Positions 25,186 to 37,121 of a stretch of DNA of 64,000 bases are shown here, one piece after another; the stretch's first letter is position 1; each line of letters starts with the position of its first letter. Where the stretch lies: NCBI GenBank assembly GCA_030390025.1, contig CM059431.1:102302001-102366000 (forward strand), given 5' to 3'. The stretch comes from Squalus acanthias (Eukaryota). The notes beneath the pieces were generated by a model, which was not told where the DNA came from, searched no databases, and worked only from the letters and a program-made list of their open reading frames with translations. The translations under genes and the position numbers were made by a program.

Positions 25186-25760
25186 TGACTCTCACTGGGG
25201 TACAGTTCCACAGACACTGACACTCACTGGGGTACAGTTCCACAGACACTGACTCTCACTAGGGTACAGTTCCACAGACACTGACTCGCACTGGGGTACA
25301 GTTCCACAGACACTACACTCACTGGGGTACAGTTCCACAGACACTGACTCTCACTAGGGTACAGTTCCACAGACACTGACTCTCACTGGGGTACAGTTCC
25401 ACAGACACAGACTCTCACTGGGGTACAGTTCCACAGACACTGACTCTCACTGGGGTACAGTTCCACAGACACTGACTCTCACTGGGGTACAGTTCCACAG
25501 ACACTGACTCTCACTGGGGTACAGTTCCACAGACACTGACTCTCACTGGGGTACAGTTCCACAGACACTGACTCTCACTGGGGTACAGTTCCACAGACAC
25601 TGACTCTCACTGGGGTACAGTTCCACAGACACTGACTCTCACTGGGGTACAGTTCCACAGACACTGACTCTCACTGGGGTACAGTTCCACAGACACTGAC
25701 TCACACTAGTGTACAGTTCCATGGGTGATGACTCTTACTGGGGTACAGTTCCACAGACAC
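25186..25760 (+). repeat. 32-bp minisatellite, left arm (~18 units)
   Basis: Head-to-tail gactctcactggggtacagttccacagacact. Confidence 0.95.
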
Positions 25761-26042
25761 CGAGGGCTCGATTTTGCCAGTGTGGGCGGGCTGGGGCGTG
25801 TCTGGTAGGAATCGTGTCAGGACCCCGACTCCGAAGTGAAGTGTTGAAAAATTGCGATTTTCCCCTAATCAGGCAATTGATTTCCAGCGTGTGGAACCCC
25901 TGGCCCAATGAGTCTTTTCATACAGAAAGTCGCCTCCGTTGATGTCATCAAAGCTGCTGGATTTAAGGCCTGCAAGCAGCCTTGCTTCTTCTGGAGACAG
26001 GAAACGCTTTGGACATTGTATGAAGGACTTCATTTACCGACC

Positions 26043-27985
26043 ATGTTCACCAGCAAGCAAAAGTGTGCACCTCGCTTTGATGAGCCCTCCCTCCAAGCTC
26101 TGGTGCAGGGAGCAAGATCCAATAAGGAGGTGCTCTTCCCTTCCTCAGGGAGAAAAAAGCCACCCCAGCAGACTAAAGCTGTGTGGCTGCAAGTTGCCGA
26201 GGAGGTCAGCTCCATCTCGCTGAGCCGCAGAACCTGGCTGCAATACAGGAAGAGGTTTCATGACCTTCTCCGCACAGGAAAAGTGAGTATGACTTTCCCA
26301 TCACCCTCAATCTGATCCCCATCGCCTCTCCACACCAGCACTCTGCTTTGCCAACCTCTTCCTCCACATCCCACTTGACATTACATCCCTGCACCCTTAC
26401 CCATTCCCTCTCTCTCTATGGTCACATTCACTTAACTATTCGACCATGTAGCCCTCACACTCCCTATCACAGCGATGCAACAACAACAACAACTTACAAC
26501 ACATAGGGAGGGCCCTTTGTCTCCTTCTAAGCATCTATGCTATGCATTCTCTACACTCACTCCTTCATTCTCACTCAAACTCCACTTGTGTCCCTCTTTG
26601 CAGGAAAAGAGAGCCCACAAGAAGAGGGAAAGAGCCATGACAGGAGGAGGGCCACCCTCAGTAGCCCAGCTCACCGCCTGGGAGGAACCGGCCCTGGAAA
26701 TCGCCGGGATCGAGGAGGATTCCCAAGTGGGGGACGGACAGACGGGCGCATCACAGCAAGCTGGTGACAGAATAGTTTGGTATCTCTCTCATTGACATTG
26801 CATGAGTCACTGATAATGAATCTGATGCTCTAACAGATTGACTTATGATCATCTACACTATTCAATGTTCATGTAACCTTGACCTCACATCTCTAACTCT
26901 TTCCTTTACTCTCCCACAGGACCATCGACAGCCCCCCTCCCCACTGTCCAGGAGGAAGAGCCTAAGCTGGAAGACTCCTCAGAGGAAGCTGCAACCTCTG
27001 AGGGCGCAGCGTCAGCAGAATTCAGCGCATGCAGCACCAGCGCAGACACTCACACCTCGGTGGGACCTTCGCGAGATAGAGTAGTGTTGGCACCTGGTGT
27101 ATCACAGCTCACAAGTGAGCATCAGCAGATGGTGGAGACAGGGACAGCAGTGGAGAGTCCTCGTCGGAGGGTGCAGGACTCTACCAGCTCGGCTCAGCTG
27201 CATGTCGACCCTGTGCCTCCGGGTCCATCCAGAAGGAGAGCGGTGCTGGAACTCCAGGAACAGGTGTAGGAGTCTCTGGCAGGTTTTGTCTCTAGGGTCG
27301 CTGCGAGTGTGGAGCGAATGGAGGAGTCCATCGCGAACATGAGCAGAGCCTTTGTGGAGGCATTGCGCATGAACGCATCACCACGGAAAGGATGGCAACC
27401 TCCGTGGAAAGGATGGCTACGGCAGTGGAGAGGATGGCTACGGCCATGGAGGAGCTAAGTCGCCAGAGTGTTCAAAACATGGTCATTGTTCAGAATAGCC
27501 TGGCATCTCTTGAGGAGCGATGGTCAGCTATTGAGCATAGAAACCAGACCTTCATGGAAGTCCTCTTGAGTAGGACTGCCAGTGCAGAAACGGGTCCTCA
27601 TGGCCCCCCTAATGTGCAGCAAGGTGCTGTCAAGGCACTTGCTAGCTCTGAAGTGGGGCTGACCCATGAGAGGGATGTTGGTGGCAGACAACAAGGAAGT
27701 GGGGGCTCCTCTCCAAGCGCTCACACGACCATGCCACTGCAAAGCCCTCGGTCAGAACCCCACCAGAGTCCTCACCCAACTGAGATGGGCGTCTCATCCC
27801 CTGCACAGCCGCAGGTGCAGCAGACTGTTGCCGAGCCCTCACAGGTTCGCAATCCCAGAGGACGGCTGCAAAGGTGTCGAGACAGGAGCAGCAAGAAAGT
27901 GAGCAAGGGGCCTCCACATCTGCTGAAAGCCACAGGGGAAGCACCACGTAGGAGCACGCGTAAGTGGAAGACAATGCACAAGTAG
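26043..27985 (+). pseudogene. Harbinger Myb/SANT-like DNA-binding gene, 3 exons (26043-26282, 26604-26763, 26920-27985), disrupted
   Basis: APRFDEPSLQALV...W..VAEEVS...RTWLQYRKRFHDL and KRERAMTGGGPP motifs; GT-AG sites with compatible phases; stop at 27267-27269 and frameshift near 27380. Confidence 0.8.
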
Positions 27986-28243
27986 TCACAAGGGTAGTCA
28001 CTTGGGTGTTATGTTGTGTTTATTTTTGAAATGCCATCAGTTGAGTGTTGTGATAAAGATTTCTGATGGCAAACTGTTGAAGTTGTGGCCTGTGTCATTT
28101 CGCAAATGGGACTTCCACATTGAGGGCTTAGGGCGACTTGCAATTGTCAGTATGGTGGTCAGAGTGATAGGAATCCGCAAGTTCTTATCCATTGTCGATG
28201 CTCTGGTAAGAAGGTGCGAGGCAAAAATGTTTGATTGTGCAGG

Positions 28244-28458
28244 CTAAGCAAATCTGGCCAACATGAGTGCGTCCCTTGCATCCCGGGCAGCAATGTGGTC
28301 GCGCGCTGGCGCTTTCTGGCCTGTGCATCTTCAGGTGGGTGAGCAGCAGCTTGGCGCTCCTGTTGTTGGTGCTGCTGTTGTTCAGGGTTCTGCTGCTGCC
28401 ACGGCTGGTCTTCATCCGAATCTGATGTCCAGGAGGAAAGGAAATAAATGGTTCCCAT
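28244..28458 (-). pseudogene. Putative Harbinger transposase remnant (N- and C-termini joined, catalytic core absent)
   Basis: ATG 28458 acidic/Q-rich start; a second frame ends RDHIAARDARDALMLARFA*, resembling Harbinger transposase C-termini. Confidence 0.55.
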
Positions 28459-28982
28459 GCTTCTGCTATATACCTCAGTTGAGGAAGCGCTCAGTCAAGG
28501 TGGGGAGAGGGGATTCCTAGGAGGTCACACTGGAGATGGGTCTCAGGCTCCAAACATCCACAACAATGAGTAGGCCTGCTAAAAGTTCCCCCAGACCTGA
28601 GACAACAAAGTTCTGCCACCTGCAAATGATGATTGCTGAAAACTCCTTTGTAGTGGTGGAGCTGTAGCTGTTACTAAGCAACCCACTTGTGAGGCCACCA
28701 GGATTAACTGGCGTGTTCCAGAGGAGGCGTGTAGGATGGGGGAAATGTCTAAAATCAGAAAGGCCTCTTAAAATTGGATTATAGAGGCACTTAAGTGGTT
28801 GTTAAGGGCCTTAAGGGCCTATCCTACCTCTTGGAGGCGGGATGGAAACGGGGTCTGAAACTCCGATTCTGGGAAAATTGCTCGGAGGCGGGATTGGGCC
28901 TGCACACCATTTTTTTTGGCAATTTTAACACCTCACATGCCTCCAATCCCACCTCCTCGGCCCTGGCAAAATCGAGCCCTCC

Positions 28983-29587
28983 CTCTCACTGGGGTACAGT
29001 TCCACAGGCACTGAATCTCACTGGAGTACAGTTCCACAGACACTGACTCCCACTGGGGTACAGTTCCACAGACACTGACTCCCACTGGGTTACAGTTCCA
29101 CAGACACTGACTCCCACTGGGGTACAGTTCCACAGACACTGACTCCCACTGGGGTACAGTTCCACAGACACTGACTCCCACTGGGGTACAGTTCCACAGA
29201 CACTGACTCCCACTGGGTTACAGTTCCACAGACACTGACTCCCACTGGGGTACAGTTCCACAGACATTGACTCTCACTGGGGTACAGTTCCACAGACACT
29301 GACTCTCACTGGGGTACAGTTCCACAGACACTGACTCTCACTGGGGTACAGTTCCACAGGCACTGACTCTCACTGGGGTACAGTTCCACAGGCACTGACT
29401 CTCACTGGAGTACAGTTCCACAGACACTGACTCTCACTGGGGTACAGTTCCACAGACACTGACTCTCACTGGGGTACAGTTCCACAGACACTGACTCTCA
29501 CTGGGGTACAGTTCCACAGACACTGACTCTCACTGTGGTACAGTTCCACAGACACTGACTCTCACTGGGGTACAGTTCCACAGACAT
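28983..29587 (+). repeat. 32-bp minisatellite, right arm (~19 units)
   Basis: Same unit; gactcccact variants cluster near the transposon. Confidence 0.95.
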
Positions 29588-29689
29588 TGGCAGTTGTCTG
29601 GTACCTGGCTCAAGTAGCCATTCTTCTTGTGTTGCCTGTAAGAAGCATGGAGGTTTCCTCTAAGGTCCAGGAGATCTTTTGTTGCGATC

Positions 29690-30268
29690 AGCACAGAAGG
29701 AGGCCATTCGACCCATCGTGTCTATAACAGCTCTTTGAGAGAGCTATCCAATTAGTCCCACTCACCTGCTCTTTCCCCATAGCCCTGAAAAAGGTCTTCT
29801 TTTCAATTACATATTCAATTCCCTTTGAAAGTCACTATTGAATCTGCTTCCACCACCCTTTCAGGCAGTGCATTCCCGATCACAACAACTCGCTGCCAAT
29901 TTTCTTAAATCCGTGTCCTCTGGTTACTGACCCTCCTGCCAGTGGAAACAGTTTCTCCCCATCCATTCTACCAAAACCCCTCATAATTTTGAGCACCTCT
30001 GTCAAATCTCCCCTTAACCTTCCCTGCTCTAAGGAGAACAACCCCAGCTTTTAAAGTCTCTCCACAAAACTGAAGCCCCCCCATCCCTCGTACCATTCTA
30101 GTAATTCTTGGCTGCATCCTCTCCAAGGCCTGGACATCCTTCCTAAAGTGCGGTGCCCAGAATTGGAGACAATACTCCAGCTGGGGTCTGACCAGTGATG
30201 TATAAAGGTTTGGTACAACTTCTTTGCTTTTGGACTCTGTGCCTCTATTCATAAAGCCCAGGATCTCG
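29690..30268 (-). mobile_element. CR1 3' fragment
   Basis: [19 protein letters not shown]. Confidence 0.85.
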
Positions 30269-30834
30269 TGCTGACAATCTGCATGCTGAAATTTTGCTCT
30301 TTACTTTAATATAGAAAATGAATCGTGGAGCGCAGTGTCACAAAAAACAACGCTCCTTCAATTTGACACAACTGGATCTCGCCCAGTACCGCAGCAAACT
30401 CATCGGGCTTTGTACAAGGAGCAGGTTTGGACTAGACTAATGCAACCCACTGGTAATATTTGCAAGATAACCCATTTAATCACTCGTTATATAACTCAAT
30501 GTACTTCCTTCAACAAAGTACAACCTTCAAGAAGCTGCATTAAGAGGCAATTGCCAGGCTGGCCAAACTGAGCAAGGCAACGCACAAAACAACACCAGGA
30601 AAGACTCCAGTCGTGGTTCATTGAGAAGTTATGTCTGGGTCGATGACTCTAAACAATGGGATGATTTTGTGCATTGGAATTCTATGTTTGGATCGGATCT
30701 GCACAGACAATCCTTATACAGGAGCAGGCTGGTGTGGGAATACTGGGGCACTGCACTTGGGTAAATGTGCTAACAGTGAGGTGCAATTGATGAGGCCTTA
30801 TTAGATAGGTAAAAGAAAGAACTTGCATTTATAT

Positions 30835-31070
30835 GATGTGGAGATGCCGGTGTTGGACTGGGGTGGACAAATGTGAGAAGTCACACAACACCAGGTTATA
30901 GTCCAACAGCTTTATTTGAAATCACAAGCTTTCGGAGCACTTCTCTGACTATATATGCTGTGCCTATATGCATCTCTTCACTTCACCTGACGAAGGAGCA
31001 GCGCTCCGAAAGCTTGTGATTTCAAATAAAGCTGTTGGACTATAACCTGGTGTTGTGCGACTTCTCACAT
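30835..31070. mobile_element. Palindromic Penelope-derived mini-element, second copy
   Basis: Same extension and arms as 7439-7652; ttgcatttatat repeated at 30823-30834 and 31071-31082. Confidence 0.75.
30983..31019 (+). ncRNA. Minimal hammerhead ribozyme motif
   Basis: tcac-CTGACGA-a-ggagc-agc-gctcc-GAAA-gc-TT-gtga. Confidence 0.65.
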
Positions 31071-31413
31071 TTGCATTTATATAGCACCATTCACAACCTC
31101 AGGATGTCCCAAAGCCAATGAAGTATTTTGGAAGTGTAGCCAAAGTTGTAACGCAGCAGCCAATTTACGCACAGCAAGCTCTCACCAGCAACAGTGTGAT
31201 AATGATGTTGGTGGAGGGATACCGGGGAGAACACCCTTGCTCTTCTTCGAAATAGTACCATGCAATCTTTTACGTCCAACCAAGAGAGCAGACGGGGGCC
31301 TCGGTTCATCTGAAAGACGGCTCCTCCGATAGTGCAGCACTCCCTCAGTACTGCGCTGGGAGCGTCAGCCTAGATTTTTGTGCTCAAGTCTCTGGAGCGG
31401 GACTTGAACCCAC

Positions 31414-31445
<32 letters not shown>

Positions 31446-32269
31446 CATGAGCCACGGCTGACATAGGGGTTATTTGATTTTGAATCTTTTCTTCCAGCAC
31501 TTTTCAAAATACAAACCTGAAAGAATAGGTTTCAATAAGCCCCCTGCCCCAACCACGGAAGTGATTTATCGATACAGGAAGACCATAACTTCTCAGAAAT
31601 CTCAGACACATCTACATCAAAGAAAATAGCTTTCTTCTGACCAGCTAATGACATCCCCGCAGAACAATTCACAAGAAGACTGGAGCAAATGTCCTTATTT
31701 AATCGCTAAAACTTACACTCATAACGGAATCTCTGCCGCCTGCCATTCAGAACTCAACCAGAAGCATAACTGCATTCGTTACCTCAGCTCATTGGAAAGT
31801 GAACAGAAATGAGAAACGCCACCAGGTTCAGGTGACGCTTTCCCACTGCTGGCACTTCGTTAACTGCGCACAATCTCTAGTTTTAATACAAGGTGTCAAA
31901 CGACACCCATCGCTTCCTCCGCACCCGCACATCCATTCTGGACCTCGCACTAAGCTTGGCTCTCCACATATTCCGCCAATTTGTTTTCAATATTCTGCGC
32001 TCAAAAATTCTTACTTTCCTCACCTTTTTGGCCCTCCAATATAAAGGTTTGAAAATGTGCGCTGCACGAAATCGTGCACACGCCGACACACAGCAGGGTT
32101 AGTCTAGTACGCCTTTACAAAATGGTAATTATCCCAATACGACAACAGTGAGGAATCAATAGGTAACGTCCTGTATGATAACGAGGGTATAGTTTGATTG
32201 TTCTGGTAATTCAGTTCTGTGCCCTTTGAGGGAATGGATATCTACAACAAGGAATTGGTAAGAAGCTGT

Positions 32270-33284
32270 CGAATTACAGTACGCAGGCGACGCTTGCGTC
32301 TGCGCACACTCAGAGGTCGAACTCCAAACCATCGTTAACACCTTCACCGAAGCGTACGAGAGCATGGGCCTTACACTAAACATCCGTAAGACAAAGGTCC
32401 TCTACCAACCTGCCCCCGCCACACAGTACTGCCCCCCGATTATCAAAATCCATGACGAGGCCTTGGACAACGTGGACCACTTTCCATACCTCGGGAGCCT
32501 ACTGTCAACAAGGGCAGACGTCCATGACAAAGTCCAACACCGCCTTCAGTGTGCCAGTGCAGCCTTCGGTCGCCTGAGGAAGAGAGTGTTTGAAGACCAG
32601 GACCTCAAACCCGGCACCAAGCTCATGGTCTACAGAGCACCAGTGATACCCGCCCTCCTGTATGCTTCAGATACATGGACCATGTACAGCAGGCACCTCA
32701 AAGCACTGGAGAGGTACCACCAATGCTGCCTCCGCAAGATCCTGCAAATCCATTGGCAGGATAGGCGCAACAACGTCAGTGTTCTCGCTCAGGCCAACAT
32801 CCTCAGCATCGAAGCTTTGACCACGCTTGATCAGCTCCGATGGATGGGTCACATCGTCCGCATGCCCGATACAAGACTCCCAAAACAAGCGCTCTACTCG
32901 GAGCTCCAACACGGCAAGAGAGCCCCAGGTGGGCAGAGGAAACGCTTCAAGGACACCCTCAAAGCCTCCTTGAAAAAGTGCAACATCCCCACCGACACCT
33001 GGGAATCCCTGGCCCAAGACCGCACAAAGTGGGGGAGAAGCATCCGGGAAGGCACCGAACACCTCGAGTCTCTTCGCCGGGAGCAAGCAGAAGCCAAGCA
33101 CAAACAGCGGAAGGAGCGCACGTCAACCCAAGCACCCCACCCACCCGCCCCTTCAACCACCATCTGCCCCACCTGTGACAGAGACTGTAGGTCCCGCATT
33201 GGACTCATCAGTCACCTGAGAACTCATTTTTAATGTGGAAGCAAGTCATCCTCGGTTCCAAGGGACTGCCTAAGAAGATGGTGG
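32270..33284 (+). mobile_element. RTE-clade LINE, 5'-truncated, open ORF remnant
   Basis: LQYAGD (mutated YADD), FPYLGS, C-terminal CPTC...HLRTH zinc finger; 13/14 TSD tggtaaga(a/g)gctgt. Confidence 0.92.
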
Positions 33285-33332
33285 TGGTAAGAGGCTGTAC
33301 CTATGAGAGTTTTCTTTTAAATTATTTTTTTT

Positions 33333-33730
33333 ACAACGACGGCTTGCATTTATACAGCGCCTTTAACGTAGTAAAATGTCCCGCGGCGCTTCACAGGAGT
33401 GGAATCAGACAAAAATGAACACCGGGCCAAAGAAGGAAATATCAGGACAGGTGACCAAAAGCTTGGTCAAAGAGGTTAGGTTTTAAGGAACATCTTAAAA
33501 GGAGGAGAGAGAGGTGGAGAGGTTTAGGGAGGGAATTCCAGAGCTTAGGGCCCAGACAGCTGAAGGCACGGCCGCCAATGATGGAGCGATGGAAGTGGAG
33601 GATGCCCAAGAAGCCAGAATTGGAAGAACACAGAGATCTCGGAGGGTTGTAGGAGGTTACAGAGATAGGGAAGGGGCAAGGCCATGGAGGGATTTGAACA
33701 GAGGGATGAGATTTTCAAAAATGAGGCATT
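33333..33730 (-). mobile_element. L2 3' fragment
   Basis: Match to L2 3' end. Confidence 0.8.
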
Positions 33731-33734
33731 AAAC

Positions 33735-33992
33735 CATCTGCCCATTCAGGTGGACGTAAAAGATCCCACGGCACTATTTCGAAGAAGAGTTGGGGAGTTC
33801 TCCCCGGTGTCCTGGGGCCAATATTTATCCCTCAACCAACATCACTAATAACAGACGATCTGGTCATTATCACATTGCTGTTTATGGGAGCTTGCTGTGC
33901 GCAAATTGTCTGCCGCGTTTCCCACATTACAACAGTGACTCCACTTCAAAAATACTTCATTGGCTGTAAAGTGCTTTGGGACATCCTGAGGT
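33735..33992 (+). mobile_element. SacSINE1-like SINE fragment
   Basis: Central domain match. Confidence 0.8.
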
Positions 33993-34293
33993 CAATACAG
34001 GGGAGGCTTAAACTTTCTTTGTGGGACCCGGAGGAGCCTCCTGGCCTCCCCCCAAAAAGAAACGTTTTATTTTTATATGTTTGGGCCTCTTCTGGCTGGC
34101 TCCGGCTCCTTTTCCTCTCTGGGTTCACCTGGCAGGAAAGCCACAATGGCTTCCCCCACCCACCCCGCACCCCTCAGGCCACCGGTTAAAATTGCAGTGT
34201 CCGACGACGTCATCGAACCATGGTCTCCTTATTTAAAGAAGGACTCGCCTCCCCAGCTTTGGGTAGGTGTCCTCACCACCTGCTCAGAGGGGG

Positions 34294-35312
34294 GATAAAT
34301 CGAACCAGAGCTGGCGACCGTACCTCGGCCGCGGTTCAGCTGCTTCAGGAAGGGCGGATTCAAGCGAGGATTGGGATTGGGCTGCGGGTTTAGCGTAGGG
34401 CTGGCGTTTAAATTGTTGCTTGGCAGAAGTTTCCGAGCTCCTGCGGGGTAGATTGCCTGCCCGCGACCCGTAAATGGGTGGCCAATACGGCACGTGCGGG
34501 GGTCTGAAGCTGATCTTGGGCAAATCCCACGGAAACTCAAGGAGCGGTTTTTAGCCTGGCCAACGTCCGCGTTACCCCGGGACCGGCTTTTCCAATGTTT
34601 AGTTTCACGGAAACTGTGAATGGTCCACTTAAAGGGGCCCCGCACCCTCAAAAATAAGAGGGAACAATGGTTGCCAACCCTCCAGGCTTGCCCTGGAGTC
34701 TCCAGGAATGAAAGACTAATCTCCAGGACACGGCTGCCAACAATACCCGGGAGAAAAATCACCGGGACCGTTAAAAAAAAAAATTGGGCGGTTTTTTTCT
34801 TGGAGCACTTTAATTTATTAGTTGTAAAAGTGTTGGAAAGATGTGGAAATTGTCTGAAGGTCATCCAATCGAGTAACAAAGAGCTTGTTCACTTTACGCT
34901 TGGCGCGGGAAGGCGGGGCGTTGCAAGGACGGACGTGTCGGGCCACCGATAGCGGAAGCGTGGGGGCGGGGCGGCTGAAGGCGGGCGATCAGGTGATGCA
35001 GCCTCCAGGAACACGTCCACCCAGAGTTGGCGACCCTCAGGGAGCGCAGACGTTGGCCGGGCTAAAAAAACGCTCCTTGAGTTTCCATGGGATCAGCTTC
35101 CGACCCCCCACGTGCCGTATTGGCCACCCATTTACGGGCCGCGGACAGGCAATCTACCCGCAGGAGCTCGCAAACTTCTGCCAAGCAATAATTTAAACGC
35201 CAGCCCTACGCTAAACCCACCGCCCAATCCCAATCCTCGCTTGAATCCGCCCTTCCTGAAGCAGCTGAACCCGCTGCCGCGGCACGGTTCGCCAGCTCTG
35301 GTTAGATTCATT
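34294..35312. mobile_element. Foldback-type element with ~280-bp inverted arms
   Basis: 34298-34578 is the reverse complement of ~35039-35308 with scattered mismatches. Confidence 0.75.
34666..35037 (+). mobile_element. hAT-like MITE nested in foldback
   Basis: Ends ggttgccaaccct / gagttggcgaccct; 6/8 matching flanks. Confidence 0.7.
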
Positions 35313-35393
35313 CAAGGAGCTTTCACCGCATGACGTCTCGCTTCCAACACACACAGACACACACACACACACACTCTTGCCATCGTGGAGTGT

Positions 35394-35862
35394 CAGTCGT
35401 GGCTCAGTTCGCAGCTCCCTCGTCTCTGAGCCAGGTGGTTGTGGGTTCAAGTCCCACTCCAGAGACTTGAGCACAAAAATCTAGGCTGACACTCCAGTGC
35501 AGTGCTGAGGGAGTGCTGCACTGTCGGAGGTGCCGTCTTTCGGATGAGACGTCAAACCGAGGCCCTGTCTGCTCTCTCAGGTGGACGTAAAAGATCCCAC
35601 GGCACTATTTCGAAGAAGAGCAGATGAGTTCTCCCCGGTGTCCTGGGGCCAATATTAATCCCTCAACCAACATAACAACAACAGATTACCTGGTCATTAT
35701 CACATTGCTGTCTGCGGGAGCTTGCTGTGCGCAAATTGGCTGCCGCGTTTACCACATTACAACAGTGACTACACTTCAAAAAAAGTACTTCATTGGCTGT
35801 AAAGCGCTTTGAGACGTCCTGTGGTCGTGAAAGGCGCGATAGAAATGCAAGTCTTTCTTTCT
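35394..35862 (+). mobile_element. SacSINE1-like SINE, full length
   Basis: Head, body and tail. Confidence 0.85.
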
Positions 35863-36153
35863 ATTGGTCACCCGGCATGTCCATCCTCGCGATGCCCCGC
35901 CTTCTCGCGGCCAACTGGAAAACGAACAGACTCTCGAGTTGCTCAACTGGCCTTTTCTCCCCCCCCCTCCCCCCCCAACTATCTGCAATGTTTTATTAAC
36001 TATTAAATTAAAGTGTTGAAAGAAAATGAACATAACGCACAGTTCTTTTAACACCTCGATGATTTTGGTCCGATTTGCTGGCAGCAGCGCCCGGGAGATG
36101 AATCTTCAATTCCAGGAGACTCCAGAGCAATCCCGGAGGGGTTGGCGACCCCC
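35863..36153 (-). mobile_element. hAT-like MITE, partial
   Basis: Reverse complement of the 34666 family. Confidence 0.65.
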
Positions 36154-36612
36154 TTGGTGGAGGATAAACACCAACAAGAAGACTAGGCGGGGCTGGAAGG
36201 AGCCTGGTCGTCACTTCTGTGTAATTCAGCTGACGCGTCCTAAACGCAAGATGGTTTTATAAGATTTATCAGACGAGAGTGGGGGATTAAAAGTGCCTTC
36301 CCGTCAAACCTCGGTGGGAGCTTCCAGCCAGGAAGAAAGTTGCTTTGAAGAAAAATGCCTTCCGACAGTGACACAGTATGGCCTCTTTGTTCAGTCCTGA
36401 GGCTGGTAAGAGTGGAGGGGAGAAGGGGGGGTGGTGGAACGGAGGAAGCGAATCATAGGCACAGCCGGGGTAACCTCGGTACACAAACAGAAGGAGCACT
36501 GATTTCAATCTTCATTCCAGCCAAACAAAACCAGATTCCAACTATCAAGAGGCCAACGCTGGGATCTTTTGATGCGACGTTTTTATTTTTTTTGAAAGAT
36601 ACAAGCACTTAC

Positions 36613-36865
36613 CTGCATTAAATTATCTTCCCTTAGAATCTCCAGCAGAGCAGGCTTGAAGTAAATAGCTTCTAAAGCATACAAAAGGTCAATTTCACTT
36701 GGAGGCCCCATTAAAGTCATACTTTGAAGTTTTGGATGAGAGGCGTTTGGACATGAGTTATAGATCTGCGGCCCAGTTGCATTGGAAATCAGGTTGCTCA
36801 ATACTGATGGGTCCTTGTATTGATACACAGTCAAAGCAAAGTCATCGGGATTAAAGGAGCCTGCA
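36613..36865 (-). CDS. Internal coding exon of unidentified host gene (AGSFNPDDFALTVYQYKDP...EILREDNLMQ)
   Basis: Non-repetitive, 84 open codons, T-tract plus tag acceptor, consensus cag|gtaagt donor; phase 2 to 0. Confidence 0.7.
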
Positions 36866-37121
36866 CTACAGATCAGTGGCGATGAATTCAAAAAAAAAAA
36901 CGAGAATGTTTTTCTACAAGGCAACTGCTGAAAAGACCACACAAAAGAAGCTTGTTCCATTCGGCGCTGGCGGGCTGGGAAACAGGACAGGACAACAAGA
37001 GGAAATGATAAGGTGAATGCTGAACTGTACATTTGCTGGCATGTTAGTTAGGATGCTGATTGACTGCACAGCATTGTGGCAGCAACCCTGAACTCTGGAA
37101 TCCCAACACTTCGCCACAGAC

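Larger units (their letters stand above)
25762..28981. mobile_element. Harbinger/PIF DNA transposon, defective
   Basis: Perfect 19-bp inverted repeat gagggctcgattttgccag (25762-25780/28963-28981); convergent Myb/SANT-like gene and putative transposase remnant. Confidence 0.85.
30812..31462 (-). mobile_element. SacSINE1-like SINE with Penelope insertion in its tail
   Basis: Head at 31462; tail split at 30834/31071. Confidence 0.8.

Noticed and set aside
25186..29587. 32-bp repeats as a CRISPR array
   Set aside because: Units abut with no spacers, no cas genes, vertebrate context
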